A DNA stretch of 62,779 bases, counting the filler, from Stramenopiles sp. TOSAG23-3 (Eukaryota): assembly GCA_900128585.1 (NCBI GenBank). It is 8 parts of 8 records of this genome, joined end to end, with 100 filler letters (N's around TTAATTAATTAA, not from the genome) between each part and the next. Parts side by side here need not be neighbours in the genome. Positions count along the whole stretch, not along the records: positions 13,831 to 27,551 come from LT642611.1; positions 27,652 to 41,368 come from LT642612.1; 6 more parts are not named here. One strand, written 5' to 3'. This document shows, piece by piece, positions 22,829 through 33,354 of this stretch. Both the position numbers and the translations under genes were made by a program. Every line of letters begins with the position of its first letter. Within the stretch, counting starts at the first letter, position 1. Below the pieces are notes generated by a model. It was not told the origin of the DNA. It worked only from the letters and a program-made list of their open reading frames with translations, and ran no database searches.

Positions 22829-23087
22829 GTCCCGTCACGGAAGAGACAAAGCTGGTTTGGTTTGTAATATGAACAAGAAGTTGAAAAACGTAAAACAATA
22901 TCCCAGGAGGTGAATTTATCAAGAGGGCAGTTGATTTCTTCTTTTTTAATCCTGTAAAACTCGCACATCAAAAATTCATGCGAATGAAAGAGAAACACTT
23001 TTTCGTGCCAAAAAATATTGTGTTTGGTGTGTTGTATTTGTGGTTGTTGTGTTGTGTATTATTATTGTGTATCCTGATCCTGATACT

Positions 23088-23180
23088 TACCCTATGATTA
23101 ACACTAACACTAACCCCAACCATAACCCTATGATTAACACTAACCCCAACCCCATCTTTTTAACCCTATATTGAACACTA
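23088..23180. repeat. Degenerate CCCTAA/ACTAAC-type low-complexity repeat
   Basis: ACCCTATGATTAACACTAAC occurs twice among CCCCAAC/CCCTA units. Confidence 0.6.
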
Positions 23181-23727
23181 CCGACACAAAACGCATCGCC
23201 CTCCCCCTCCCCACGCACGAGGATTAATTTCAATACAGGCGCACAGCATAACCAATCCTTCACAAATCAGAATGAAGCGTTTTTTTTCTCCATCACAATT
23301 TCCTCCTTATTTTGCTGTTAAATGCATTTCATTAAAATCAATTGTTCTTTTGAAGTTGGAAGTTGCCTGCTATTCAATGTTCAATGTTCAATGTAAATAT
23401 TATAATTATTGGAAGAAATGAAAGAAAAAGGGTTAGTATTCTATATTATAATAGTTACCTATGTAAATATATACTTATAAATTAAAGGTCCACAAAGCCA
23501 CAAAAAAAAATCATCTTCTCATCAAGTCACAAAGAAAAGGAAGTAAGAAAACTAAAAGCGAAACACTACAAATGAATGTATATATACATCGAGAGAAAAA
23601 TAGAACGGAGACGAATGTTAATTAACCCTTACACCGGTCTCTCTTAGTGTGTGTGCATATTGTTTGTGAATGTACACGTACTTACATATAACTGCACCCA
23701 TCCGACTGACCGACTGACCGACCCATC

Positions 23728-24288
23728 ATGGCGTCCAAGTATATTGACGAAGAGGACGAGTTTAAAGAAAGCTCTAAGCTTATGGAGGAAGAAGAGGGGC
23801 AAGGGGTAGGAGAGGACGACCCAATGTATTGGTTGCAGTGTTTGCCGGGTGGTGGGGAAGAGTTTTCTGTATTTGTAAAGGCTGCTGAGTGGTGGCACCA
23901 AGAACACCCGAACTGGTTCCAAGGCTTTGCTGAGCAGCACTGTTACCTCTTCGACGACCTCGAGCTTTTATCGGCGGACAAAATGGAGTGCCCGTTGGAG
24001 TGCACGGAGCTACACAATCGGTTCATGGAAGAATACGAAGAAATGTTAGAGGATTTCATTGCGGAGGAGGGGTCGTCCATGGAAGAGTTTGTAGAGGAGG
24101 CAGGTACCATGTTGAAAGGAAACCAGTTGACCATCATTGAAACGACAGAGCACACGGATTTCTTAAAGACCCTCATGTCCAGCGTTGAATATTACTATTT
24201 CCACAACTTGCTCGTCAATGCGGCGCGAAAGAAAAAGTACGGCGGGGGGAAGGGCCGGAAAAAGAACCGTAAAGGGCTGAAGAAGTAA
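23728..24288 (+). CDS. BART (ARL2-binding) domain protein, CFAP36/ARL2BP-like
   Basis: FAEQHCYLF ... ECPLECTELHNRFMEEYEEMLEDFI ... F..LL pattern of the BART domain. Confidence 0.78.
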   Translation: MASKYIDEEDEFKESSKLMEEEEGQGVGEDDPMYWLQCLPGGGEEFSVFVKAAEWWHQEHPNWFQGFAEQHCYLFDDLELLSADKMECPLECTELHNRFMEEYEEMLEDFIAEEGSSMEEFVEEAGTMLKGNQLTIIETTEHTDFLKTLMSSVEYYYFHNLLVNAARKKKYGGGKGRKKNRKGLKK

Positions 24289-24615
24289 AAGTGTGGGTGA
24301 TGAATCGGTCTGCTGTTGTAAATCTTAAGTTATCGAAGTTGTAAAATGTTATTAATTAAAAAAATCTAACGTACAAATTAAAAGCCGTTTTCTGAAAAAG
24401 CAAATCCAAATTTCTTGGACGCGAGATAAAAACTTATGTTACGATTAAGTTTATGAAACATAAGTTAATAAAAACGTTCTAAGCACTCTCCTCCTGCGCT
24501 CCCGCCAAAAAATGATCCAACTACACCAACCGAAAAACAAAAGTTATGTACACGCTTCAGCCAAATGAGACTATTTCCACACACACGCTCGCCGACGGGC
24601 ACCCAACGTTCTTTC

Positions 24616-25608
24616 TCACTTCTTCATCTTCCTTTGCACCCCGACCGCCGTGAGGGCAAGCATGGCGCCCGCTTTGAACTTTCTTCGTGCATTGAACTTC
24701 TTCATGAACGGTATGACGTGGTCCAGGGATTTCGCACCTAAATCTTCCACCTGCATCCAAGGGGACTCCAAGATCTGCTTGGTCGACCATCGCTTTGCAG
24801 GGTCGACGATAATCATTGCGTCGATAAGATCTTTCGCGCTCTGGCTGATGCTCTCCCATTGGGCAGCGGGGTAGTCGAAGGAACCGGATTTGATCTGCCG
24901 GAAAAGTGCCGCGTTGTTCTGTTCATAAAACGGTGGGTAGCCGCACAGGAGGATGTACAAGATGACGCCTGCCGACCAGATGTCCACGGAACTGTCGTAC
25001 TTCAACCCTTTCAAAATCTCAGGGGCTACGTACCCCGGTGTACCACACATGGTCGTCATCATTTCCATGTGCTTTTCATCGGAAAAGAGCCGGGCCAATC
25101 CGAAATCTGCAATTTTCAACGCGGCGTCCTCCGTGCCGTCCGAGTACAGGAGGTTCTCCGGCTTCAAGTCCCGGTGGACGACGCCTTTCCCGTGGCAGTA
25201 ATCCAACGCGGTAATGATCTGGAAGAACGCTACCCTGGCCTCGTGCTCGCTGTACTTTTCTTTCTCTACAATACGGTCAAACATTTCCCCACCGGCACAA
25301 TTCTCTAGGACCATGTAAAACGTTTTCTTCGAGTCAAAGCACTCCCGCAGGTGCACAATATTCCGGTGGTCTAGGGACCCAAGTATTTCTACTTCCGTGT
25401 CAAGCGCCTTTTCATCCTCTGCCGATAGATTTTTCTTGTCAATACACTTGGCAGCCCATTTCGTTTGATCCTTCTCGCACGTCACCGAGCGAACCGTCGC
25501 AAAACTTCCTTGACCAAGTTCACGCCCAACGCTATAGAAGGACTCCAACGAACCGCTGTGAAGAAAGTTACGACCCAACGTACCACGGCCGGTCTCCTCA
25601 AATGCCAT
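24616..25608 (-). CDS. Ca2+/calmodulin-dependent protein kinase (CaMKI-like)
   Basis: GQGSFA, AAK, HRDLKPEN, DFG, CGTPGYVAPE and the CaM-binding tail KKFNARRKFKAG. Confidence 0.93.
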   Translation of the reverse strand: MAFEETGRGTLGRNFLHSGSLESFYSVGRELGQGSFATVRSVTCEKDQTKWAAKCIDKKNLSAEDEKALDTEVEILGSLDHRNIVHLRECFDSKKTFYMVLENCAGGEMFDRIVEKEKYSEHEARVAFFQIITALDYCHGKGVVHRDLKPENLLYSDGTEDAALKIADFGLARLFSDEKHMEMMTTMCGTPGYVAPEILKGLKYDSSVDIWSAGVILYILLCGYPPFYEQNNAALFRQIKSGSFDYPAAQWESISQSAKDLIDAMIIVDPAKRWSTKQILESPWMQVEDLGAKSLDHVIPFMKKFNARRKFKAGAMLALTAVGVQRKMKK

Positions 25609-26251
25609 TGTTAATATTCACTCTTTGTATTTCTGGTAAATATATCTATGTAAATAATTATATGAACCCGCGTTAGTATATACCCCTTTCTTTCTTCAAT
25701 ATTGTGAAGCCATGTTTCTCTTGCTGTTCTTCTTTTCTTATTCTCAAACCATTGTGGGGAACAACATTTTTGTTTCTTCTTTGGTAAAAAAAGTTATATT
25801 TTAAATTAAAGAGTTTTTTTTTTCTTTTTTTTTTTTTTGGGTTTTGAAGAAATTCTCGTTTAATTAAGGAATATATGACGTTTGATGAATTTACATATAT
25901 TATTGAATAGGTAAAATGGTATTCGTTTGCCTTAATTCGGATTTGACCGTTTTATTGTTTTATTTATATAAACATAGCAGCATAATAATAATTAATATAA
26001 AATGAAATAATAATATTCTTTCTTCTCTTCTTCTTTTCTGTCGACGGTCGTCTTTCTTCTTCTTCTTCTAATGATGTAAATGTGTTCTTCTTGGAGTGAG
26101 AGTTCCGAGAGATCGGCGGAGGAGATCCGAAATCAGGACTTACGCCTTTCGACCGATGCGATGAATGGATCGTGATTGTAGAGTACTAGACTTCATTTCT
26201 AGGTGTTTTTTTCTTCTCCCATTCCCCACTGTTTTTGGTTCTTCACGGTCG

Positions 26252-27233
26252 TTACACGTCAGAGATCACGACGGATGCAATGAAAGGATCGTCTCTCCAC
26301 CCTGAACCACCAATTTTGAATAAGGTTTCATTGACCGAGAGTTGCAAGTCGTAATTGCCATTCAATGTGATGCAAATGGCGAGGTAAGTGGTACCGGTCG
26401 TTCCGCATTCCTTGCAGTTTACGCTATATTGGGTACAATACCGATACGGGGACAGTGTTTTCGCAGGACCCTGAAGGAATAAAAAATGATGAATGTTGTT
26501 AGTACAGCGAGCAAATGGGAGGAAGGAATTGCCGTTCTATTTAAACTTACATTTAGACCGTCGGCCATGGAATACCATGCATCGCCTTTAAATGTTTTCG
26601 GTGGGGCAACAATCACCGTTTCGTTGTAGGACGCTGCATTGCCAGTGTAGGTGACTTCTCCCCATTTTGTGCTGTTGACGTCGATATGGACGCACAGCGG
26701 CCCATTGTTCACCAATATGCCTTCCTGTTTTGCACATTTGATAGGGGGTGTAGCGTCGCACACCTCCTTGGCCCAGAAGCATCGTAAAGGGCAAGAAAGT
26801 TTTGTCTTAAACGACGAGCAGGCCCGAGGGGGGGGGGGAATGGAGCCAGCGGCGCAGTCATTCCCGCAAAGTGTTTCGATTCATGGGCCCGTGTAGCACC
26901 ATAGTCGTACGCGGTGCAATTCAAAGTGAGTTGGTCTTTTCGATTAGGGCTGGGCCCTACGATGTTCTGCGACCAAGCAATCGGGTTCGTACTGTTCTTT
27001 GAACGTTGTCTTGCAAATGACATGGCCATCCCACAACATGCTGATGCCCCTGCGACGTAAATTTCATTCGCTGGAAGATCATAAGTTATGTTCCCGATCA
27101 CACGCCCCGTGTACGCTGTGGAGTTAGTATAATCCCCGCAGCTAGGGTTGGCAGCCAACGGTCTCGGTAGGAACGAAATGGCCTGAGCGGAGGCGATGAA
27201 CGCCCCAACCAATACAGTTCTTAGTATTGACAT
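26252..27233 (-). CDS. Secreted Cys-rich glycoprotein (~300 aa), two exons, with an apparent 1-nt frameshift in a G11 run
   Basis: Signal peptide MSILRTVLVGAFIASAQA. Adding one base at 26828-26838 joins ORF 26709..27233 to the frame of 26419..26763. Splicing out 26471-26550 then gives an open exon GPAKTLSPYRYC...DPFIASVVISDV* ending at 26252. Confidence 0.72.
26471..26550 (-). other. 80-nt spliceosomal intron (phase 0)
   Basis: GTAAGT donor, TACTAAC branch point (26498-26504), pyrimidine tract and CAG acceptor; removal restores a 72-codon last exon. Confidence 0.85.
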
Positions 27234-27454
27234 GTCGTGCAGACAAAAAAAGGAAGGGCCGCCCAGATAAAAAGAAATCTTTCAAATGTGTGCTTACCTT
27301 CAGTGACGCAATTGAGGAAAATATTTAATGTTCATTTTGTGTTTTTATCCCTTTGCAATTGTGTAATACCTCTTTGCTCTTTGCTTAATTTGAAATTTGA
27401 AAACCAATTCTTCTTCTTCATCAACAAAACCAACGACAACAACAATCAATTAAC

Positions 27455-27551
27455 CTCTTCTTTTTCTTCTTTCTTCTTTTTCTTCTTTCTTCTTTTTCTT
27501 CTTTCTTCTTCTTCTTCTTCTTCTTCTTCTTCTTTCTTCTTCTTTCTTCTT
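27455..27551. repeat. (CTT)n-type microsatellite at contig end
   Basis: CTT/CTTT tract running into the spacer; similar tracts end the contigs at 13730 and 41368. Confidence 0.9.
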
Positions 27552-27651
27552 NNNNNNNNNNNNNNNNNNNNNNNNNNNNNNNNNNNNNNNNNNNNTTAAT
27601 TAATTAANNNNNNNNNNNNNNNNNNNNNNNNNNNNNNNNNNNNNNNNNNNN
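27552..27651. other. Artificial contig spacer
   Basis: 44N-TTAATTAATTAA-44N. Confidence 0.99.
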
Positions 27652-30600
27652 CAATTTCTAGAGGATTTGAAAAGTTACAAAGCCGAAGAGATGTCTGACC
27701 AGTTAATGGATAAGCTTGAACCTATCGTTGCAGAGCCGGTTATGGAGTACGATACAATGAAAGGCAAGTCTATCGCGGCAGCTAATTTATCCTCGTGGGT
27801 GTGCAATGTTTATGCTTACAAACGCATTTACGACAAAGTTAAACCCCTTATGGATGCGTTAGACGAAGCCCAGGCCAAGAAGGCAGCAGCACAGGAATCC
27901 TTGGAAAGGGCCCAGGGTGAAGTAGCTGAAATCAAAGCAAAGTTAGCAGCGCTTGGTGAGGACTTGAAGGCTGCGACCGCAGAAAAACTGATCGTCGAAA
28001 AAGAAGCAGCAAAGTGTTTGGAAAAGTTGAACCTCGCAGAACGGTTGGTTAGCGGTTTGTCCTCTGAAGGCGACCGTTGGGGCTTTGAAATTGGAGAAAT
28101 GAAGAAGAGTGGTGACACGCTGGTCGGAGATTCGTTGCTGGCCGGCGCGTTCGTTTCGTACATTGGTGCATTCAATGCAGAATATCGTGACGAACTCTGG
28201 AAAATTGTTTGGTTGGCCGATATCCATGAACGAGGCATTCCTATTACCTCTGGCATTGACCCCTTGAATGTGCTTACTGACGATGGAAACAATGCCCAAA
28301 TGATGAGCGAAGGGCTTCCAGCAGATCGAATGTCCATCGAAAACGGGTCGATGATTACTCAAACTTCAAGATGGCCGCTTCTCATTGACCCACAGTTGCA
28401 AGGAATCAAATGGTTGCGAAAACGCGAAAATATGGCTGCCGATAGAAAAGCTGCCCAAATGCGAGCAGAGGCAGAAGCAGCAGGAGAAGATCCAAATTTA
28501 ATTGTAGTCGGGAGCAACTTGGTTACGCTACAATTGTCTAACGCGAACTGGTTGAAGCGCCTAAGCGGCGGGATTGCAAACGGAAATACTGTAATTTTTG
28601 AAAATTGTCCCGCTGAACTGGATGCAACGCTTGACCCGGTGCTGCAACGCGCTATATACAGGAAGGGCAGAACAATGTTCTTGCAACTAGCAGGAGAAGA
28701 GCTTGAATACGACAAAAACTTTCGTTTGTACCTTCAAACCAAGCTATCAAATCCGCATTATAAACCTGAAATATTTGCTTGCTGTACCCTGATCAATTTT
28801 ATCGCAACAGAACGTGGGCTGGAAGATCAGCTGCTGGCGAAAGTTGTGAATGTGGAAAAGCCGGAACTGGAGAAGGAGAAACAGGTCCTAATAGCCCAGT
28901 TCAACGAGTACAAGATCAAGCTTTTGAACCTTGAAGATGATTTACTTGAGAAGTTATCAAATGCTCCGGAAGACATTTTGTCTGACATACCGCTCGTGGA
29001 GGGTTTGGAGGCGACGAAGAAGGCCGCCGTGGAAATCGAAGCTGCTGTCAAAAAAGGAAAAGAAACTGAAGTTGCTATTAATAAAGCAAGGGAAGTTTAT
29101 CGCCCAGTGGCCTCGGAGGCCTCGATGATGTACTTCATTTGTACAGAAATGTGCAATATTGACCACATGTACCAGTATTCGTTGGGTGCGTTCACGTACT
29201 TTTTCTTCAAGTCCATTTCCAAAACAGCGCCGGAAGAAGATATACTTAAACGGGTTGCGGCACTGAGAGCGTCTATGAGATTCACTGTGTTCACGTGGGT
29301 TTGCCGGGGACTTGCAACTGAGCACAAAATTGTATACATGACCCAAATTGCTATCAAACTAATGAAAAGAGCGGAACTGGAAGAAAAATTCGACCCTGAA
29401 AGCTTTAATTTTCTAATGCGTGGTCAAAAGTCTATGGGTGCTGACAATCCAGTGTCATGGCTACCGAACATCAACTGGCTGATGGTCAATTCTTTGGCGA
29501 AGATCGAAGGGTTTGAAAAATTTCCGAGCGATTTGAATGAAGCAGCACCCCGATTTTTGGAATGGTATAATCATGAAACGCCGGAGACAGAGAAATTGCC
29601 GTTGGATTGGTCCGGACTCGAAAAAGAGCCTTTCAAGAAATTATTAGTTCTGCGAGCTTTGAGGCCCGATCGATTAGTCATCGCAATCACCAAGTGGTTG
29701 CGCAACGCCCTTCCGGATGGGAACATGTACGTTGATGCAGATTCCACGAATTCGTCCCTCCGCATTCTTGAGCTTGCGGTCGAGGATTCCACTCCCGCTG
29801 TACCAATATTTTTTATCTTGTCTCCTGGAACTGACGTCGTCGCCGACGTAGACAAGCTTGCTGACAGAATGGAACTTGAAAAAGGAATCTCATACTGGAA
29901 TGTCGGTATGGGCCAAGGACAGGACGTTGTTGCAATGGATCGTCTGCAACTCGGGCACACACAAGGTCATTGGGTAATTTTGAACAATTGCCATTTGATG
30001 CCAGAGTGGTGCATCGAGCTGGAGAAGAAACTAGACAACTTCAACGTAGAAGGGTCTCATGAGCGTTTTAGGGTATTCCTAACTGCTGAGCCATCGCCTT
30101 ATATTCCTATTGGTATCCTCAGTCGGTGCATCAAGCTAACCAATGAGCCTCCCGCTGGGCTAAGGGCAAATTTAAAGCGCGCATTTTGCAGTTTCGACCC
30201 GGACGACTTTGATGAACTGGACAGTAAGCAGAAGGCAATCATCTTTGCGCTGAGTTTCTATCACGCCATTCTGATTGAGCGAAAAAAGTTCGGCACAAAA
30301 GGATTCAATATGATGTATCCATTTTCTCTTGGTGATTTACGTGATTCTTCCATAGTGCTTGGAAATTATATGGATAATGCTAGTTCTTCAAAAATACCAT
30401 GGGAGGATCTCCGATATTTGTTCGGTGAAATTACATACGGGGGCCACATTGTCAATGATCTAGACAGACTCTTGAACATTACTTACTTGGACTTTTACTT
30501 GCAGGACAACGTGCTGGACCAAAAAGAAATGTTCCCTTACGTAGAAAACGAGAAGGGTGTGTCGTTCAAGACACCAATGCCGACCACGTGGGAGTTGTAC

Positions 30601-31599
30601 AACAAACACATTGACGAATGCTTGACAAGCGAATCGCCGCTGGCATTTGGGTTGCATCCTAATGCAGAGATTGATTTCCGGCTGAATAACTCCAACGACG
30701 TTCTGCTGAGGCTAACCGAGCTACAGCCCCGTGATGCAAGTGGAGGTGGGGGCACAATGTCTCCAACTGAAATTGCCGAACAAGCAATGGGAGATATTAA
30801 AGAAAAGATTAATGATTTTATATTTGACATGTTCGAATTAAATAGCACGCTCGAAGGCGACTTGAAAGGTCCATACCAAAACTGCTTTTTGCAAGAATGC
30901 GACATTATGAACATTTTGACGGTTGAAATGAGACGCAGTTTGAAAGAACTGAAGATGGGGTTTGATGGTGAGTTGACGATGTCTTCTGCGATGGAAGACC
31001 TGCAATTATCTCTCTATTTAGATCGTATTCCTAAAAGTTGGGACAAGTTGGCGTGGAACTCTATGCGCCCCCTTGCGGCGTGGGTCCTAGACTTGTGTAA
31101 TCGCTTTCAGCAATTGACCGAATGGACCCAGGTCCCCACAGATATTCCTCGAGTTGTCTGGTTATCGGGATTGATAAATCCACCCTCTTTCTTGACAGCA
31201 ATCAAGCAGGTCACAGCCCAGAAGGCAAAATTGCCGCTTGATTCTATTATCATCCAAACTGATGTGACAAAGAAGATGGAACGGAAAGACCTGGAAGGCC
31301 CGGCGAAAGATGGAGGTGCGTATTGCAGTGGCTTCTATTTGGAAGGTGCTCGTTGGGACCTAGAAAACCAGCTTATTGTGAAGTCCAAACCGAAAGAGAT
31401 GTTTGTCCAAATGCCAATCATAAACTGCAGAGGCATACTGTCTTCGGCTCAAGAAACGGTGGGAATATTCATGTGCCCCGTCTACACGACCCAGTTTAGG
31501 GGGCCGACGTTCGTATTTATGGCACAGTTTAAAACAAAATCTCCTGGGTCTCGGTGGATCCTTGCCGGCGTTGCGGCAGTCTTAGATGTTGGAGAGTAA
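27652..31599 (+). CDS. Axonemal dynein heavy chain, outer-arm beta-like, C-terminal part (stalk, AAA5, AAA6, C-terminal domain); 5'-truncated
   Basis: RWPLLIDPQLQG, LQTKLSNPHYKPE, GLEDQLL, GHWVILNNCHL, LTNEPPAGLRANL, GEITYGGHI, CPVY...RGPTFVF...WILAGVA; frame open to the contig edge. Confidence 0.95.
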   Translation, partial: QFLEDLKSYKAEEMSDQLMDKLEPIVAEPVMEYDTMKGKSIAAANLSSWVCNVYAYKRIYDKVKPLMDALDEAQAKKAAAQESLERAQGEVAEIKAKLAALGEDLKAATAEKLIVEKEAAKCLEKLNLAERLVSGLSSEGDRWGFEIGEMKKSGDTLVGDSLLAGAFVSYIGAFNAEYRDELWKIVWLADIHERGIPITSGIDPLNVLTDDGNNAQMMSEGLPADRMSIENGSMITQTSRWPLLIDPQLQGIKWLRKRENMAADRKAAQMRAEAEAAGEDPNLIVVGSNLVTLQLSNANWLKRLSGGIANGNTVIFENCPAELDATLDPVLQRAIYRKGRTMFLQLAGEELEYDKNFRLYLQTKLSNPHYKPEIFACCTLINFIATERGLEDQLLAKVVNVEKPELEKEKQVLIAQFNEYKIKLLNLEDDLLEKLSNAPEDILSDIPLVEGLEATKKAAVEIEAAVKKGKETEVAINKAREVYRPVASEASMMYFICTEMCNIDHMYQYSLGAFTYFFFKSISKTAPEEDILKRVAALRASMRFTVFTWVCRGLATEHKIVYMTQIAIKLMKRAELEEKFDPESFNFLMRGQKSMGADNPVSWLPNINWLMVNSLAKIEGFEKFPSDLNEAAPRFLEWYNHETPETEKLPLDWSGLEKEPFKKLLVLRALRPDRLVIAITKWLRNALPDGNMYVDADSTNSSLRILELAVEDSTPAVPIFFILSPGTDVVADVDKLADRMELEKGISYWNVGMGQGQDVVAMDRLQLGHTQGHWVILNNCHLMPEWCIELEKKLDNFNVEGSHERFRVFLTAEPSPYIPIGILSRCIKLTNEPPAGLRANLKRAFCSFDPDDFDELDSKQKAIIFALSFYHAILIERKKFGTKGFNMMYPFSLGDLRDSSIVLGNYMDNASSSKIPWEDLRYLFGEITYGGHIVNDLDRLLNITYLDFYLQDNVLDQKEMFPYVENEKGVSFKTPMPTTWELYNKHIDECLTSESPLAFGLHPNAEIDFRLNNSNDVLLRLTELQPRDASGGGGTMSPTEIAEQAMGDIKEKINDFIFDMFELNSTLEGDLKGPYQNCFLQECDIMNILTVEMRRSLKELKMGFDGELTMSSAMEDLQLSLYLDRIPKSWDKLAWNSMRPLAAWVLDLCNRFQQLTEWTQVPTDIPRVVWLSGLINPPSFLTAIKQVTAQKAKLPLDSIIIQTDVTKKMERKDLEGPAKDGGAYCSGFYLEGARWDLENQLIVKSKPKEMFVQMPIINCRGILSSAQETVGIFMCPVYTTQFRGPTFVFMAQFKTKSPGSRWILAGVAAVLDVGE

Positions 31600-31654
31600 T
31601 TCAGTAAATTTAATCTTAAAGTTTTAGTAAAAAGTAATTAAAATTCTGAAACTC

Positions 31655-31820
31655 AGTAAAATCACAGGAGCAGAGATAATTTTGCAGTACATTTTTGAAG
31701 GAGCGTAAACCTTTAACTGGGCAAAAGGAGCAGATTCATTTTCGCGGTACGTGAGGAACATAAATTTTAATCACTTACACTTAATAAATAATAACAGCCA
31801 ATTTTCTTGTTTTAAAAAAA
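31655..31820 (+). mobile_element. Repeat family A (SINE-like or truncated non-LTR element), diverged copy
   Basis: AGTAAAATCACAGGAGC ... ATAACAGCCAATTTTCTTGTTTT followed by A7; homologous to 53210-53407 and 57808-57939. Confidence 0.75.
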
Positions 31821-31835
31821 CAATCCGAGACCGTT

Positions 31836-31930
31836 ACGTACCTGGTATTATATTTATACCTGGTACAGGTACCAGGTACCCGTACGGTACCTAGGTACCA
31901 GGTTTAATACCTGGTAACTACTGCTACCAG
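31836..31930. repeat. GTAC/ACCTGGT palindrome cluster
   Basis: Nested palindromes including GGTACCTAGGTACC (31886-31899), CCGTACGG and ACCTGGTAC..GTACCAGGT. Confidence 0.85.
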
Positions 31931-32310
31931 TTTGTTTTTGCATACTTTTTAAGTACTTCATATTTAATTATTACGTGCGTATATGACTACGACGATGCAT
32001 GAACCAAGGAATAAAAGACAACTACGAATTCAATGCTGTGCTTATTTTACTTCCTGCTACTTATTAGATGTTGGAATTCAAAATTCATTATTATTTATGG
32101 CCTCTGGGGCTGAGGCCTAACAAATTATTGCCGTTTTAAAAGAGGATTGCAATTTAATATATGATAAGATCGCAAACCGGGCTTAAAACATTTAAATATT
32201 TTATCAAGTGTTTGTATGAGTCACTATATCGCTGCGGTTTTAGAAGATCTTGTTATCTTGACGGGAATGAAAGCTACCCCCCGTGCCTGATTATTCTTTG
32301 TTCGCCAAAC

Positions 32311-33354
32311 ATGGAGCGCGTGACGAACATAGTGCTTGATACACTTGAAAGGAAAGGGGGGCGTCTCGGACGATTCATTGAAAAGTCTCGCAAAACGGAA
32401 GTTGGAGAGGAAGAGGAAGTCGAGAAGAGCGATGGTCTAAATTACAAGGTAGGTCCTGGAAAATTGCACGATGCAATTAAAGACAATTCAATGAAACGTG
32501 TCAATCAGTTGTTGGCTGATAAGTATGACCCGGATGAGATTGATTCACGAACTGGTTACAGCCCGTTGCATGTGGCCGCAATGACGAACAATAAGTCAGC
32601 GCTGATAGTCCTTCTGAAGTCTGGTGCAGAGTTGATGTTCAGAACAAAGACCTTGAACACTGTGCTGCACTTGGCTGTTAATGTAAACGAGCCTTTGCTC
32701 GTACGGAAAATTGTTGAAAGCGCTTTCCAGCGTAGACTTCTACAGAAGCTAGTGTCGGTGAAAAACAAAAAACACAAGACAGCTTTGGATTTAGCGGAAG
32801 ACAAAGGGTTCACCCATGTCTTCGAAACTATCCAAGCAAAAATAACAGAAGAAGAATTTGTCTTTGCAGTAGAGAATGTCCTGAAAACTATTGTAGCCGA
32901 TGTCAAATCCGAGGCAACAAAACATAGTTATGGGCAAGGCCGATCGCCGCTCCATTTCCTTTGCTTGCATGGCGGGCATCCCTTCCTTGACGAAGATACT
33001 ACACAGCAACTGATTGCAGCTGTACCAGAATTAGTAAAGTTTGGGGGAGATCCAAACGACAAAGATAGTGAGGGCCGCACACCTCTCCACTGCGCGTGCT
33101 TTGGGGGATCTTTGCAGTTAGTGAAGGCAATGATGCGCCTTGAAGAGGTTAAAAAGAGCAAATCAGGTGGCAAGTCTCGCAAGAAATTAGTTGATCTTGA
33201 AGAACCAGACAACTTTGGGTGGACTGCTTTAATGGTTGCCGTTGACAGATGCAAAGAGAACTGCAGCAATTGTTTTCTAAGACTTTTCAGCTGTTTCTTG
33301 TCGGCTTTTTTGTCGCCTGGCAGCATTTTTTTTCTAGCATCTATTCTTGACTGA
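32311..33354 (+). CDS. Ankyrin-repeat protein; C-terminus after ~33250 doubtful
   Basis: GYSPLHVAA, NTVLHLAV, KTALDLA, GRSPLH, GRTPLHCAC, GWTALMVAV; likely start MERVTN at 32311; the last repeat breaks off midway. Confidence 0.8.
   Translation: MERVTNIVLDTLERKGGRLGRFIEKSRKTEVGEEEEVEKSDGLNYKVGPGKLHDAIKDNSMKRVNQLLADKYDPDEIDSRTGYSPLHVAAMTNNKSALIVLLKSGAELMFRTKTLNTVLHLAVNVNEPLLVRKIVESAFQRRLLQKLVSVKNKKHKTALDLAEDKGFTHVFETIQAKITEEEFVFAVENVLKTIVADVKSEATKHSYGQGRSPLHFLCLHGGHPFLDEDTTQQLIAAVPELVKFGGDPNDKDSEGRTPLHCACFGGSLQLVKAMMRLEEVKKSKSGGKSRKKLVDLEEPDNFGWTALMVAVDRCKENCSNCFLRLFSCFLSAFLSPGSIFFLASILD

Noticed and set aside
26170..26215. TCATTTCTAGGTG resembling U3 snoRNA box A
   Set aside because: No matching boxes B, C or D in the right order; the adjacent sequence is explained by the last exon of the minus-strand gene.
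32161..32310. N-terminal extensions given by the ORF track (also 36598-36678 and 55306-55354)
   Set aside because: Non-coding-like composition or non-ATG starts; downstream ATGs or a splice acceptor fit better.
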